From: a virus
Lineage: Duplodnaviria > Caudoviricetes
DNA length: 37,414 nt
IMG/VR virus record: IMGVR_UViG_3300044709_000239
Coordinates: 1-37,414 of that record
Strand: one strand, 5' to 3'
Positions 1 to 9,691 of this stretch are shown here, piece after piece. The position numbers were made by a program, and so were the translations under genes. The notes beneath the pieces are model-generated. The model ran no database searches, had not been told where the DNA came from, and saw nothing but the letters and a program-made list of their open reading frames with translations. Every line of letters starts with the position of its first letter. Position 1 is the first letter of the stretch.

Positions 1-127
1 CGTAAGGGGATGTTTGCCCGTCATGATCAGATTAAACGAGATCTGGAAAAAATAAAAGAGATCATTTCACAAAAAAACTATGTGCAAATGGATATCTGCG
101 ATGAAAAAGTACAATCTATACTGGGAT
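1..127. repeat. Direct terminal repeat, copy 1 (circular-assembly overlap)
   Basis: 1-127 is identical to 37288-37414; 127 nt is a common assembler k-mer; an ORF reads through the junction. Confidence 0.95.
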
Positions 128-132
128 AGGAC

Positions 133-384
133 ATGGAAATCAACTTGGCTTGTATAGTTATATTTTCATTTGTGATTATTTTTATTTTGAATCGCATCGA
201 GTGTCGCAATGATATCCGTATCATGGAAGCACAGATGATGGCAAATAAAGACCTAATACGAGAGGTTCAGAGGGAAAATACGGCTGTCATGAGCGCTTTA
301 GATAAGTCTATTCTCTCAATGATTAAGGACCTGCAAGCAACTGTCAGCCATATAAAGGAAAGTAGAAATAAACTGCCGCCCTGA
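133..384 (+). CDS. Small membrane protein (N-terminal TM helix plus coiled coil)
   Basis: Hydrophobic LACIVIFSFVIIFIL then an amphipathic helix; AGGA upstream; follows the junction-spanning ORF. Confidence 0.7.
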   Translation: MEINLACIVIFSFVIIFILNRIECRNDIRIMEAQMMANKDLIREVQRENTAVMSALDKSILSMIKDLQATVSHIKESRNKLPP

Positions 385-390
385 CTTCCA

Positions 391-630
391 TTATTTTTTT
401 GGTATTTTAGCTCCGGATTTTCTTGCTTCACTTAAAGCGATGGCAACTGCTTGTGCTTTAGATTTTACCTTTCCGCCACCGCCTGAATGAAGAGTTCCAC
501 GCTTATATTCATCCATGACCACGCCAATCTTATCTTTTGGAGGAAGAGATTTTCTTTTTTTTTCTCCTGCACCCAGATTATCAGAGTGATGCATGGCGTC
601 TTTTTTTCTTTTTTCTTCTTCGGACTTCAT
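391..630 (-). CDS. Basic DUF6496-like protein
   Basis: KIGVVMDEYKRGTLHSG...KVKSKAQAVAIALSEARKSG matches my recollection of the DUF6496 motif; Lys-rich. Confidence 0.75.
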   Translation of the reverse strand: MKSEEEKRKKDAMHHSDNLGAGEKKRKSLPPKDKIGVVMDEYKRGTLHSGGGGKVKSKAQAVAIALSEARKSGAKIPKK

Positions 631-642
631 AAAACAACTCTT

Positions 643-2010
643 TTAAAAATATTCTACTATTATAATTTGTCCTCTAGCTCCATTACCACCGGCTCCAGAA
701 GCGTTTAGTGATAGATTGCCAGCGCCACCACCACCACCGCCTCCAGGAGCACCGCCATTACCACCCTTTCCAGCAGTAGTAACAGCATTCATCCCTCCAG
801 AACCTCCGCCAGTTCCTCCAACAGTTAATATTTGAACTCCTGTAGGCGGGTTACCATCACCTCCATCAGCGCCAGTATTTGCCCCTCCAATACCACCAGC
901 GACTAAAACGTTTCCTGCTCCATCTACAGTATCTTTAGCAGTCGCTCCAGTTCTTGGCGTACCAACAGTATAACCAGTTCCTCCACATCCAGCTCCACAC
1001 GATGCATATATAGAATTACCGGTATTTATTCCGCCGTTAGTAGTGTTCCCCGTACCTCCAATTTGAGTGCTGACCGATGCAAAAAGGCTAATGCTAGCTC
1101 CTGCTGCTCCTGCTGATGAACCTGCAGCTCCCCCAAGACCACCCACAGGTGCTGCTACAACAACAACTGACCCTACCGAGGAAGTACCGCCTGGATCTCC
1201 ATTATTCCCGCTAACATTCGTTCCGTTAACTGACGCACCACCATTACCACCTGCACCTACTGTAATCGTATATGGAGCACTAGTAAGAAGGGCTGCTGAT
1301 GTTTTCATATAATAAAAATTACCGGCCCCACCACCACCACCGCCAGCTGAAACAGAAGCCCCACATCTACCGCTTCCGCCTCCTGACGCTCCACTCCACA
1401 CAAAAAATTCCACTACTTTAGTCTTGGCATTTGGTGTCCACGAGCTATTAGCTATATACGTAGTTATCAAAGATGAAGCGCTAGGGGCTGAACTTACAAA
1501 ATTTGTCCCATTTGACGTTATGACATTTCCAGAAGTTCCAGCCGTAGCGGGATATGTAGCAGTTGAATACGTTGGGTCAGCGCTAGCTCCTCCAGATTGC
1601 AAGACCTGTCCTGCCGATCCGGCAGCTGTGGCTGCTACAGGGCTAGTAGCTTGTCCCAAAAGCACTCCATGATTCGTTAAAGTGACCTGGCCAGTGCCAC
1701 CGCCAGCTACGACCGCTGTGCCAAAAGCAGGGTCTGATGCAGCGCCTTGAGAAATTAATGGTACGCCGCTTGTGGCTGCTGGCGCAATCTTAGTAATAGT
1801 AGCCGTACCTGCACCAATCAAAACATTATGCGTAGTCAATCCCGTAAGAGCGGTGGTTACGGTATTGCCAGAACCCGTTGTCGTGATAGACCCGGAGCCT
1901 AGATCTTTTAAAACATTAGCTGCCGGAATAGCTGTACCAGAATCTGTGACGAAGCTGGTTGGTATAGATGGCGATGATCCCGCAACGTTTAATACTCCAG
2001 ATTGGCTCAT
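643..2010 (-). CDS. Gly/Thr-rich tail fibre/spike-like virion protein with C-terminal glycine-rich domain
   Basis: Two H(G/N)VLxG...DPx(F/Y) repeats; long GGxGG domain ending GGNGARGQIIIVEYF; likely start MSQSG at 2010 (ORF track starts at 2028). Confidence 0.7.
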   Translation of the reverse strand: MSQSGVLNVAGSSPSIPTSFVTDSGTAIPAANVLKDLGSGSITTTGSGNTVTTALTGLTTHNVLIGAGTATITKIAPAATSGVPLISQGAASDPAFGTAVVAGGGTGQVTLTNHGVLLGQATSPVAATAAGSAGQVLQSGGASADPTYSTATYPATAGTSGNVITSNGTNFVSSAPSASSLITTYIANSSWTPNAKTKVVEFFVWSGASGGGSGRCGASVSAGGGGGGAGNFYYMKTSAALLTSAPYTITVGAGGNGGASVNGTNVSGNNGDPGGTSSVGSVVVVAAPVGGLGGAAGSSAGAAGASISLFASVSTQIGGTGNTTNGGINTGNSIYASCGAGCGGTGYTVGTPRTGATAKDTVDGAGNVLVAGGIGGANTGADGGDGNPPTGVQILTVGGTGGGSGGMNAVTTAGKGGNGGAPGGGGGGGAGNLSLNASGAGGNGARGQIIIVEYF

Positions 2011-2011
2011 A

Positions 2012-2347
2012 CTATTCCCCCGCTCCATAGGTAGCTTCTAGATATACAGCCCCACTCACGGGTGCCGTAGACTGCTTGCAATAAATTTGGGTTCTAGATG
2101 CTACCAGAAAAGGTAAACTAGGCTCTGTATCTGAGCAAAAATCATATAAAACAAATGATCCAGCCGGAACAAATAAATGGTCGACGATACCGTCAAAAGA
2201 TATTATTACGTCACCGACTGTGGTATTTATGATCCGTATTATTCTCATAGGATGCAAAAACACAGACCCTAAAGCTGCATATGTCCCAGAGATGCTCCCG
2301 AAGGCTAAGCTTCGTAGAGCATCTTGTCTAACGATTTGTGAAGCCAT
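2012..2347 (-). CDS. Small beta-rich hypothetical virion protein
   Basis: 111-aa ORF tightly packed between two fibre-like genes. Confidence 0.65.
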   Translation of the reverse strand: MASQIVRQDALRSLAFGSISGTYAALGSVFLHPMRIIRIINTTVGDVIISFDGIVDHLFVPAGSFVLYDFCSDTEPSLPFLVASRTQIYCKQSTAPVSGAVYLEATYGAGE

Positions 2348-2361
2348 AATTTCCTAGGTTC

Positions 2362-3465
2362 TTATTGCGTTAAAACAATGTACAGAATGGTTACGACCAA
2401 TGTGTTGTTGTTAGCAGCATTCCCTGTTATGGCTGTGGACGAATTGAACAGCACTAAAGGTTGATTTTCAACTCCCGTAGCTATTGTTATCACATCAGCA
2501 TCAATGCCAGGCAAATTATATGTGCTAGCAGATTGATCAATAAATCCAGATCCGTTCGCCACGGCGACAGCTGCCCCTGCACCATTTGTATATCGCACAT
2601 CGATATCTTGAGGATTTGTAAACGGATTAGTGCCCCCATAAACCAATTTCATTTGCACCTGAATGGGTACAATGGATTTACCAGCACCTTGTGCAGCTAC
2701 AAGCGTTATGGGAGTGCTTTCCAATGCCTTAACCTGTGCAGAAGTCAGCGTTACAGTAGCTGAAGCCAACAAACTGGGGACAGCTTCTAAATTTAAAGTC
2801 CCTGCGCCTGGCGTGAATGCAATAGTGCCACCAGATGACGTCAGAGTTGAGAATACAGGATCCGCTCCGGTTGACCCTGTTAATACCTGCCCATTGGTTC
2901 CAACAGTCAGAGCATCTATAGCCGTATTGCCACCACCAATTAACACCCCATGATCTGTAAGACCAGAATTAACACCCAATGCACCAAAAGCCGGATCTGC
3001 TCCAGTTGCGCCTATAAGTACTTGTCCGGTTGTTCCTACAGCTAAAGCATCGATGGCAGCCGTTCCAGAACCAACTAAGACGCCATGATCTGTGTATGTG
3101 GCCGGAGTATACGGTCCTATCAGAGCCAATGTGATTTTATTGGCACCAGCCGTAGAGCTCACCTGATTGGCTGTGCCAGCTATCTGAACGTTACCAGCAA
3201 CTGTTGGTGTGACCAAAGTGCCGACGGTATCACTCAACGTTAAAATATCACCTGTTAAATTCGACTGAAGAATCCACATGCCAGCGCCTTCATAAAAAAA
3301 TACACTCCTAGAAATTGTATTTATCCACTGGCTTCCTGCAACGAAAGGAGATCCGTTAGAAGCAACGGTATCTATATGACTAACAGGATCCCTAGGAGCC
3401 TGTGTAGGCAAGCTAAGAGCTGAATTTTGCCCTGAGCCAAATGCGACATATGATGGAAAAGTCAT
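2362..3465 (-). CDS. Fibre-like virion protein with internal ~40-aa repeats
   Basis: Two copies of TDHGVLxGxGxxAIDALxVGTxGQVLxGxTGADPxF; T/G/A-rich. Confidence 0.7.
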   Translation of the reverse strand: MTFPSYVAFGSGQNSALSLPTQAPRDPVSHIDTVASNGSPFVAGSQWINTISRSVFFYEGAGMWILQSNLTGDILTLSDTVGTLVTPTVAGNVQIAGTANQVSSTAGANKITLALIGPYTPATYTDHGVLVGSGTAAIDALAVGTTGQVLIGATGADPAFGALGVNSGLTDHGVLIGGGNTAIDALTVGTNGQVLTGSTGADPVFSTLTSSGGTIAFTPGAGTLNLEAVPSLLASATVTLTSAQVKALESTPITLVAAQGAGKSIVPIQVQMKLVYGGTNPFTNPQDIDVRYTNGAGAAVAVANGSGFIDQSASTYNLPGIDADVITIATGVENQPLVLFNSSTAITGNAANNNTLVVTILYIVLTQ

Positions 3466-3547
3466 AGCAAACCTTGGTATACACTTAAAATATCAGTTTA
3501 CCACTCTCCCATAAAAGATTAATATAATATTTTAACTTAGGAGCGCT

Positions 3548-5707
3548 ATGCCGATGTATTTTCCCCCATGGGACACGGATACGGAACCATCCGAGTCAAA
3601 TATAAAAATTTGGATGGATAACTTATACGGCAAATTCGAGCCTATTGAGCAAGCCCGATGGAATCAGTCCAACATAGATACGCTTTTCTATGCCGGTGAG
3701 CAGCGGTTCATCAATTCTTATTTCAACTTTAACCCGCAATATAATTACCAGACTTTCCAATTCAACCTGATCGCTCAGCCAGTGAATATGGTGACTGGAT
3801 ACCAAAGGCAGCACCGTAGATCTATAAACTATTTGCCTATAGAGGGCTCTAAGCAAGAATATGCCGATGATCTTACGAAATTGGTGGTGTATGCCAATAA
3901 CTATAATGGGATCTTAGAAAAATTCTCACAGGCATGCGAACAAGCCGCTATTGCCGGAATGGTTCTAGTACAGCCATATCTAGACTATACTCAAGACCCT
4001 GTGAACGGCCAAATGGATCTTAAAGTTTGGTCATACAATAGCTTTATGATGGACCCATATTTCCGACAAACTGGCGATATGAGCGACTGTAATTTCGTAT
4101 GGTGTCAACAGTATATCTCCAAGGCTGAAGCGATAAATCGTTTCCCGCAAAAGGCAGATTTATTGCAAACCATGTCCGGGTATGGGAACCGATACGGTAA
4201 ATTTTATTTCCTTCCAGAAAACTATAATCTAGCCCGGAATGACCTGCTGGTACTATCGCACGTATGGTATAAGAGCAAACGTAAGAAAAAGATGCTCTAT
4301 AACCATAACGATGGCATCTCATATGACTATGTGGATGATGATAAATATCTAGATGACCTGATAAAAAATACTGGGTTTTTTGAAATCATAGAGGTCACTG
4401 TTCCCACGTGGAAATTGGCAAGCGTTATCAATGAGCAGATCATGTACTTGGGGGGTAATCCCATGGGCTTTGATGAATGCCCATTTGTTCCGGTATTCTG
4501 GAATTATGATCCCCATGTTGCTCAATATGATCTGAGAGTGCGATCACTAGTCCGCAGCATGCGTGACAGCCAATTCCTTTTAAATCGTCGGATTATTTTA
4601 AATCACGATATCAGTGAAAGTTCTATAAACTCAGGATGGCTGAGAAAAGAAAATGCCATTGCCAATGAAGATGATCTCCGATATTCGGGGCAAGGAAAAG
4701 ACATCATAATCAAAGAAGGCTTCGAGCTAAGTGATATACAGAAAATCATCCCCAACGCAGTGCCTCCAAGTGATATGGAACTTGCAAACCAGCTGGCGGA
4801 TTTTATCTTCAGAACTTCTGGAGTCAATCAAGAGCTCATGGGGATGGCATCCGACTCCAAAACTGGCATACAAGAGATGCTACGTCAGGGCGCAGGCCTG
4901 GTAACTTTACAAAAGTATTTTGACCAGTGGGATATCGCCCTAAAGCAGCTAGGCAAATTGGAACAAAAGATCATTCAGAATAAGTGGAGCCCTTCAAAGA
5001 TCGCTAGGATACTTGGCAAGGAACCAAATCCTGAATTCTTGAATAAAACATACTCACAATATGATGTCATGGTTGCAGAAGGTCTAAACACCACTCTACA
5101 GCAACAACAGCAATTTGTGCAGATGATGGATCTAAATACCATTTTAGGAGGGATAATTCCTCCTAAATTCTTATTGCAGCATTCCACTATCCAAGGGAAA
5201 AACGAGATCATAGAGGCCATCGAGCAACAGCAAGCGCAGCAAGCAGAAATGGCCCAACAAGAAGCCATGCTAAAACATACTCTTCTAGAAGCTCAATTGC
5301 AGAATATGCAAGCAAAATCTGCTGCTGAGCTAGCTACCGCTAGAGAACGGCACGGAAGGGCTGAAGCAGATATAGGATTATTCGAAGAGCGCCTGTCTGA
5401 GATATCACAGAACCGTGCTATGGCTGTTAAGAATAAAGTGGACGCTTTGGCTAAACTGATTGAGACGACCATGAAATATGGCCAGTTTGAAATGGATAGG
5501 CAAGAGCGTGAATTAGAGAAGATGAATGTACAAGCTGTTATGGATGAAGATCGTGAAAAACAAGATGCAAAGATGACGTCTGATTCTAACGATTTCCTTG
5601 CTCAGATGATGCAAAAGATATCCTCTCAAAATACCATGGAAGGTCAACAGCCACAGGCGGCCCCTATGGGTCAACAACAAGGAATACAACAAGGAGTTCC
5701 ACAATGA
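3548..5707 (+). CDS. Portal protein (P22-like)
   Basis: 719 aa; FNLIAQPVNMVTGYQRQHR motif, PFVP...GxxxSG segments, Gln-rich C-terminal barrel helix; AGGAG RBS; heads the head operon. Confidence 0.9.
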   Translation: MPMYFPPWDTDTEPSESNIKIWMDNLYGKFEPIEQARWNQSNIDTLFYAGEQRFINSYFNFNPQYNYQTFQFNLIAQPVNMVTGYQRQHRRSINYLPIEGSKQEYADDLTKLVVYANNYNGILEKFSQACEQAAIAGMVLVQPYLDYTQDPVNGQMDLKVWSYNSFMMDPYFRQTGDMSDCNFVWCQQYISKAEAINRFPQKADLLQTMSGYGNRYGKFYFLPENYNLARNDLLVLSHVWYKSKRKKKMLYNHNDGISYDYVDDDKYLDDLIKNTGFFEIIEVTVPTWKLASVINEQIMYLGGNPMGFDECPFVPVFWNYDPHVAQYDLRVRSLVRSMRDSQFLLNRRIILNHDISESSINSGWLRKENAIANEDDLRYSGQGKDIIIKEGFELSDIQKIIPNAVPPSDMELANQLADFIFRTSGVNQELMGMASDSKTGIQEMLRQGAGLVTLQKYFDQWDIALKQLGKLEQKIIQNKWSPSKIARILGKEPNPEFLNKTYSQYDVMVAEGLNTTLQQQQQFVQMMDLNTILGGIIPPKFLLQHSTIQGKNEIIEAIEQQQAQQAEMAQQEAMLKHTLLEAQLQNMQAKSAAELATARERHGRAEADIGLFEERLSEISQNRAMAVKNKVDALAKLIETTMKYGQFEMDRQERELEKMNVQAVMDEDREKQDAKMTSDSNDFLAQMMQKISSQNTMEGQQPQAAPMGQQQGIQQGVPQ

Positions 5708-5919
5708 AAAGCATGGCAGATAAAAAAATGGACATGACCGTTGGCAAACCCAAGTCTGAAGGGTTTTTCCCGGAAGAAGCCAACCGTAAGGTTTTGGCTA
5801 GGGCTGGCGATATCAAAGGATTTAAATATCCTGATACCGAAGAAAGCATCATGAGTGATCAACAGCAATTTGTTAGGGATACTAGCAAAAACATGCCTAA
5901 ACCTGAATTCAGGCACTAA
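5704..5919 (+). CDS. Hypothetical protein
   Basis: ATGA overlap with the portal stop; AGGAG upstream. Confidence 0.7.
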   Translation: MKSMADKKMDMTVGKPKSEGFFPEEANRKVLARAGDIKGFKYPDTEESIMSDQQQFVRDTSKNMPKPEFRH

Positions 5920-5920
5920 A

Positions 5921-6115
5921 ATGAATTATAGCGATAAATTGTATGAGCCTACATTCATCACGCCAGCATACGATGACCGAGATATAGAAAATGTCGGTAA
6001 ATATCGCGGTGTTGGAGAGGCTGGAAAAGTAGGCCTAAACAACTGCACTTCATATGATCCAATGCCTTCTACACCCAAAAAAGGGCAAGTTAAGAGGGAC
6101 TATGAAACAAGATAG
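5921..6115 (+). CDS. Hypothetical protein
   Basis: ATG two bases after the previous stop (MNYSDK...). Confidence 0.6.
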   Translation: MNYSDKLYEPTFITPAYDDRDIENVGKYRGVGEAGKVGLNNCTSYDPMPSTPKKGQVKRDYETR

Positions 6116-6263
6116 CCTGCCATATTCTAGTCGCAACAACAATTCTGTAGGTAAACATCACGGGATTGGTATACCGACTCAATATGGAGCAAAGAAAGGC
6201 GGATATACAGATTCGCCAAAACAGAAGAAGCTTCCCATAGGGCATCCTCCAAGGAACTTTTAG
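6102..6263 (+). CDS. Small basic hypothetical protein
   Basis: GAGGG RBS before ATG 6102 (MKQDSL...). Confidence 0.55.
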   Translation: MKQDSLPYSSRNNNSVGKHHGIGIPTQYGAKKGGYTDSPKQKKLPIGHPPRNF

Positions 6264-6322
6264 ACATTAAAACGGTCTTTCAGTATCGTATGGTTGCAAA
6301 GCTCTGACGATACCTCGTCTCT

Positions 6323-6366
6323 ATGCCCTCAGAATTCCTGGTAGTTGTTCTGAGGGCATTTTTTAT
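6323..6366 (+). terminator. Intrinsic terminator between convergent genes
   Basis: ATGCCCTCAGAA / TTCTGAGGGCAT 12-bp stem followed by a T-run. Confidence 0.75.
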
Positions 6367-6818
6367 TTCTTACTTCGATACACATCTCTAATCTGATCAT
6401 CCGACAGATCGTCAGGATCCGGTTTACACATATCCATAGGGTTTGCTTTGAATCTCTCTATGCACTCATGGACAAATGGGTCTGCAAACATTTTGTCTTG
6501 CTTATACAACCCGAAGTTTTCTTGATTAGGTAACGTCCAGATTATTACGGCTTTGTCAGGGTCTTTTGGATCTACCTTCATGAGTGTAGTGCCCGGAACT
6601 GGCTCTGGACGAGTCAATCTTGCTTGGTGATACATCTTTTTTATTCCGGCATCGTCGTCAATACGCTTCACAAAGCTAAATATATAGAATTTGTGGTCTC
6701 CAAATGGTTTTGAGACTATTAGATTTTGTATGCAATCAACATAACCCTGTTCAGAATTCTGTTTGAAAAACTCAACGTTGTCCAACATCATGTTCTTTTT
6801 GATAATAAAATTTTGCAT
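6363..6818 (-). CDS. Hypothetical protein, opposite strand within the head module
   Basis: AGGGG RBS before ATG 6818 (MQNFII...); occupies an otherwise empty gap; globular-looking composition. Confidence 0.75.
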   Translation of the reverse strand: MQNFIIKKNMMLDNVEFFKQNSEQGYVDCIQNLIVSKPFGDHKFYIFSFVKRIDDDAGIKKMYHQARLTRPEPVPGTTLMKVDPKDPDKAVIIWTLPNQENFGLYKQDKMFADPFVHECIERFKANPMDMCKPDPDDLSDDQIRDVYRSKK

Positions 6819-6925
6819 ATAATCCCCTATGCGTGAATAATCAAATTGAATATACCATCGCACAGATATGCGTAAAATGTCTAACCCCTAGCGTTAATGC
6901 TGCTCGCACCAGCCAAAGGAAATAT

Positions 6926-7636
6926 ATGACAGATCAAGCCGTTAATTCTCCGGTCGTCGGCGCTCCGGATGCTCAGACTAGCGACAAGGAAGTAAATTTC
7001 CGGCGGTTAGAAGCTGCCAGAGATTCCGAAAGGGAAGCTCGGATCCGTGCAGAAATGCACTCCCAGCGTATGGAAGAAGAACTCAAAAACATAAAAGATA
7101 TGCTACAACCTAAAGAGAGCGATCCTTTGGATAGTAGCGAAGACTATGTTGACGGTGTTCGACTAAAAGCGAAACTTGAAAAAGAAAGAGCTTCATACGA
7201 AAAGAAAGCTGTGGATATCGCTAGGAACACATATGAGCAAATCCAGTTGGAGGAAAAAAAGAAGAATTTCCTGGGGAGACTTAAATCCGAGCATTCTGAT
7301 TACGATCAGATAATGAGCGAGAATAATGTTATCAACCTGGAAAAACAGAATCCTCATTTTGTGCAGGCAATTTTAAAGATAGACGACGAATACGATAGAA
7401 GAAAATTGGCCTATGAGTATCTCAAAGCCAATCAAGCTCCTAAGGAAACGTTTCAAAGTATTAAAGATAAAGTGGCTGAAAATGCTTCCAACCCCTACTA
7501 CATACCAGCGGGCAGCGGAACACCTACAGCCATTGAATTTGATACCAAGTCCGCATCCTCTCGTGAAGCGGCTTATGCGAAATTGAAAGCTGCACAGAAA
7601 CGACCAATTGGATCCGGCACTGGCCTAGCACATTAG
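6926..7636 (+). CDS. Probable capsid scaffolding protein
   Basis: Charged coiled-coil protein directly upstream of the MCP; AAGGA RBS before ATG 6926. Confidence 0.75.
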   Translation: MTDQAVNSPVVGAPDAQTSDKEVNFRRLEAARDSEREARIRAEMHSQRMEEELKNIKDMLQPKESDPLDSSEDYVDGVRLKAKLEKERASYEKKAVDIARNTYEQIQLEEKKKNFLGRLKSEHSDYDQIMSENNVINLEKQNPHFVQAILKIDDEYDRRKLAYEYLKANQAPKETFQSIKDKVAENASNPYYIPAGSGTPTAIEFDTKSASSREAAYAKLKAAQKRPIGSGTGLAH

Positions 7637-7688
7637 CTAGGTGCTTCCTCAGGCCGTTAGAAGATAACTTTTAACGCTTGAGGTCATA

Positions 7689-8636
7689 ATGACTATAACA
7701 ACAACCAGCAACTTACCAGCACCGATTTTACAATCGCTTGCTCCGGGTATGCTGTCGGTGCCTACACCGAATTTTAACTACATAATTCCGGCTGAAAAGT
7801 ATTCGATGCCCCGTAACGGTGGTACTACGATGCGTTTTTTGCGACCAGTTCCTCTACAGCCCCCCGTAGTTCAGCTGGGGAATACCGGCATAGAACCAGC
7901 TTCACAAGTGGCGACAAGAGAGATCTTAGATGCTGCTATGGCGTTCTATGGCACCTCTGTGATACTTAACGAGCAGGTCGTGATCCAGGACCAGGATCCA
8001 ATTTTGTCGTGGGTAACGGAGCGTCTTGGCGTAGCAATGAGACAAGCTGAAGATATAATCCTTCGTGATTATCTTTTGAGCGCTGTTTCTGTCTATAACT
8101 GCCGTGGTGGCACTAATGGAGACAATCCTACTGATATATCTGTAAGAGATCTTTCAGCTGTTGCGTCTTCTTTAGACACCAGCAATGCATTTAAATTCTT
8201 GTCGGGTAAGCAAGGCGAAAACCGTTTCGGAACGTCTCCGATCCGTAGCGCCTATTTCTTACTTTGCAGCACAGAATTACAGCCAGCATTTGATGGCATG
8301 GATAAATTCACAAGCTCGTGGAACTACCCTAACCAAAATGATGTGATCTATAGCGAATATGGCGCAGTGCTGAACTTTAGAATTTTTACAAGTTCTGAAG
8401 CTGCTGTACAGCGCAATGCTTCTATGAATGGCAATGACGTGTTTAACAACATGGCAGTCGCAAGAGAATCATATGCTCATATAGACCAGGACGGATATTC
8501 TAGCCAACTACTATATCGTCCCCCTATTTTCAGCGGTCCTCTGGCTTTGAACGGCACTCTGGGTGTGAAATTTGCCCAAGCTCAAGCTCTCTTACAAGAG
8601 ACTTGGATCCGTAACGTACGTTGCACATTAGCCTAA
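7689..8636 (+). CDS. Major capsid protein (N4-gp56-like, HK97 fold)
   Basis: 315 aa; MPRNGGTTMRFLRP, YG..V.L.EQV, LG..MRQAED, E.G....RIF, GPL...GTLGVKF pattern typical of N4-gp56-family MCPs; position after scaffold. Confidence 0.85.
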   Translation: MTITTTSNLPAPILQSLAPGMLSVPTPNFNYIIPAEKYSMPRNGGTTMRFLRPVPLQPPVVQLGNTGIEPASQVATREILDAAMAFYGTSVILNEQVVIQDQDPILSWVTERLGVAMRQAEDIILRDYLLSAVSVYNCRGGTNGDNPTDISVRDLSAVASSLDTSNAFKFLSGKQGENRFGTSPIRSAYFLLCSTELQPAFDGMDKFTSSWNYPNQNDVIYSEYGAVLNFRIFTSSEAAVQRNASMNGNDVFNNMAVARESYAHIDQDGYSSQLLYRPPIFSGPLALNGTLGVKFAQAQALLQETWIRNVRCTLA

Positions 8637-8646
8637 GGGGGATATC

Positions 8647-9684
8647 ATGACAGAATATAATAAAATTTCCGATGTGACCTTCACCTCTACCGGTGTTGCA
8701 AAATACATCAAACTTCCATATTTGCCTGATTCGGTAGAGATGTGGAACAAAACAGCGTCGGCTCTAAATACAAATCATTTGGTTGCATCTGCAATTGGCT
8801 GGGCTGCTGAAAACTCTGGCGTAGCATATACACAGACTAGCAATGGCACTGCCAATACAAACGTTAAAATTACCGCAGGTGGTTTTAGCTTTGTAACAGC
8901 GGGAACATATCAATATGGTCCAACTCTAACAATTTCAGGGATTGTGGCTGCCACAGGTGTTGTAACAACTACAACTCCCCACAACCTAGCTGTTGGGGAT
9001 GCCGTACAAATTTACGGAACCACAGGCATGCTTCAGATAGCTGGGACAGCTACTACTGTAACAGCCGTTCCGTCCACAACAACATTCACATTAGGGAATA
9101 TTCCTACCGCCGGATTCGCAGCTAATGCAACAGCCGGTTTTGCTAAGAAAATTCTCTACCCTGATTTGTATAAGCCTTATGGGACTATTGTCACTGGCGT
9201 GACAGCAGCTAACCCATGCGTAATCACGACATCTTTAAATCACAGTTTTGTTGTTGGCCAAGAAGTATTCTTCGTTATGCCACAGACTGCATTCACTGGT
9301 GTTTGGGGTATGGGCGGATTGGATAGTGCTGCTGTTGTTAATGCGACCGGCATTCCTCAGCAAGCCTATGTAACGGCCATTACCAGCAATACCATAACTA
9401 TCAATATCGATAGCTCAGGATTTGCGGCATTTACATACCCAACAAGCGCTCAAGCGGCTCTTGGAATAACTTTCCCACAGGTATTTGCTATCGGTGACCA
9501 GAATTCTGGACAATCTTCCGTTGTTCAGCCTTTAACACCCCCAATAACTATACCTGGGGCATTTTATGCTAACACAAGCCAAGGAGTAATCGTTGGCATT
9601 GGTGACGGGACAACCCTAATGCACCAAACCGGCGATGTGATCAAGTTAAGATTTATTTATCCTGATCAAATTTTTACGGCATAA
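8647..9684 (+). CDS. Capsid decoration/structural protein with two E1-FCCH-like beta domains
   Basis: VVTTTTPHNLAVGDAVQIYGTTGM and VITTSLNHSFVVGQEVFF repeats; co-transcribed with the MCP before a terminator. Confidence 0.65.
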   Translation: MTEYNKISDVTFTSTGVAKYIKLPYLPDSVEMWNKTASALNTNHLVASAIGWAAENSGVAYTQTSNGTANTNVKITAGGFSFVTAGTYQYGPTLTISGIVAATGVVTTTTPHNLAVGDAVQIYGTTGMLQIAGTATTVTAVPSTTTFTLGNIPTAGFAANATAGFAKKILYPDLYKPYGTIVTGVTAANPCVITTSLNHSFVVGQEVFFVMPQTAFTGVWGMGGLDSAAVVNATGIPQQAYVTAITSNTITINIDSSGFAAFTYPTSAQAALGITFPQVFAIGDQNSGQSSVVQPLTPPITIPGAFYANTSQGVIVGIGDGTTLMHQTGDVIKLRFIYPDQIFTA

Positions 9685-9691
9685 CAAAGAC

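Noticed and set aside
1-127. Biological terminal repeat of the virion DNA
   Set aside because: The length equals a common assembler k-mer and the repeat falls mid-gene; most likely an assembly overlap
1067-2953. + strand ORFs (1067, 1424, 1772, 2461, 2663) and similar antisense ORFs throughout the track
   Set aside because: Shadow frames of longer, well-supported genes on the opposite strand; no RBS or motifs
391-3547. Invertible tail-fibre segment flipped by the serine recombinase
   Set aside because: I found no inverted crossover sites at the module ends, and the recombinase has a res-like site elsewhere
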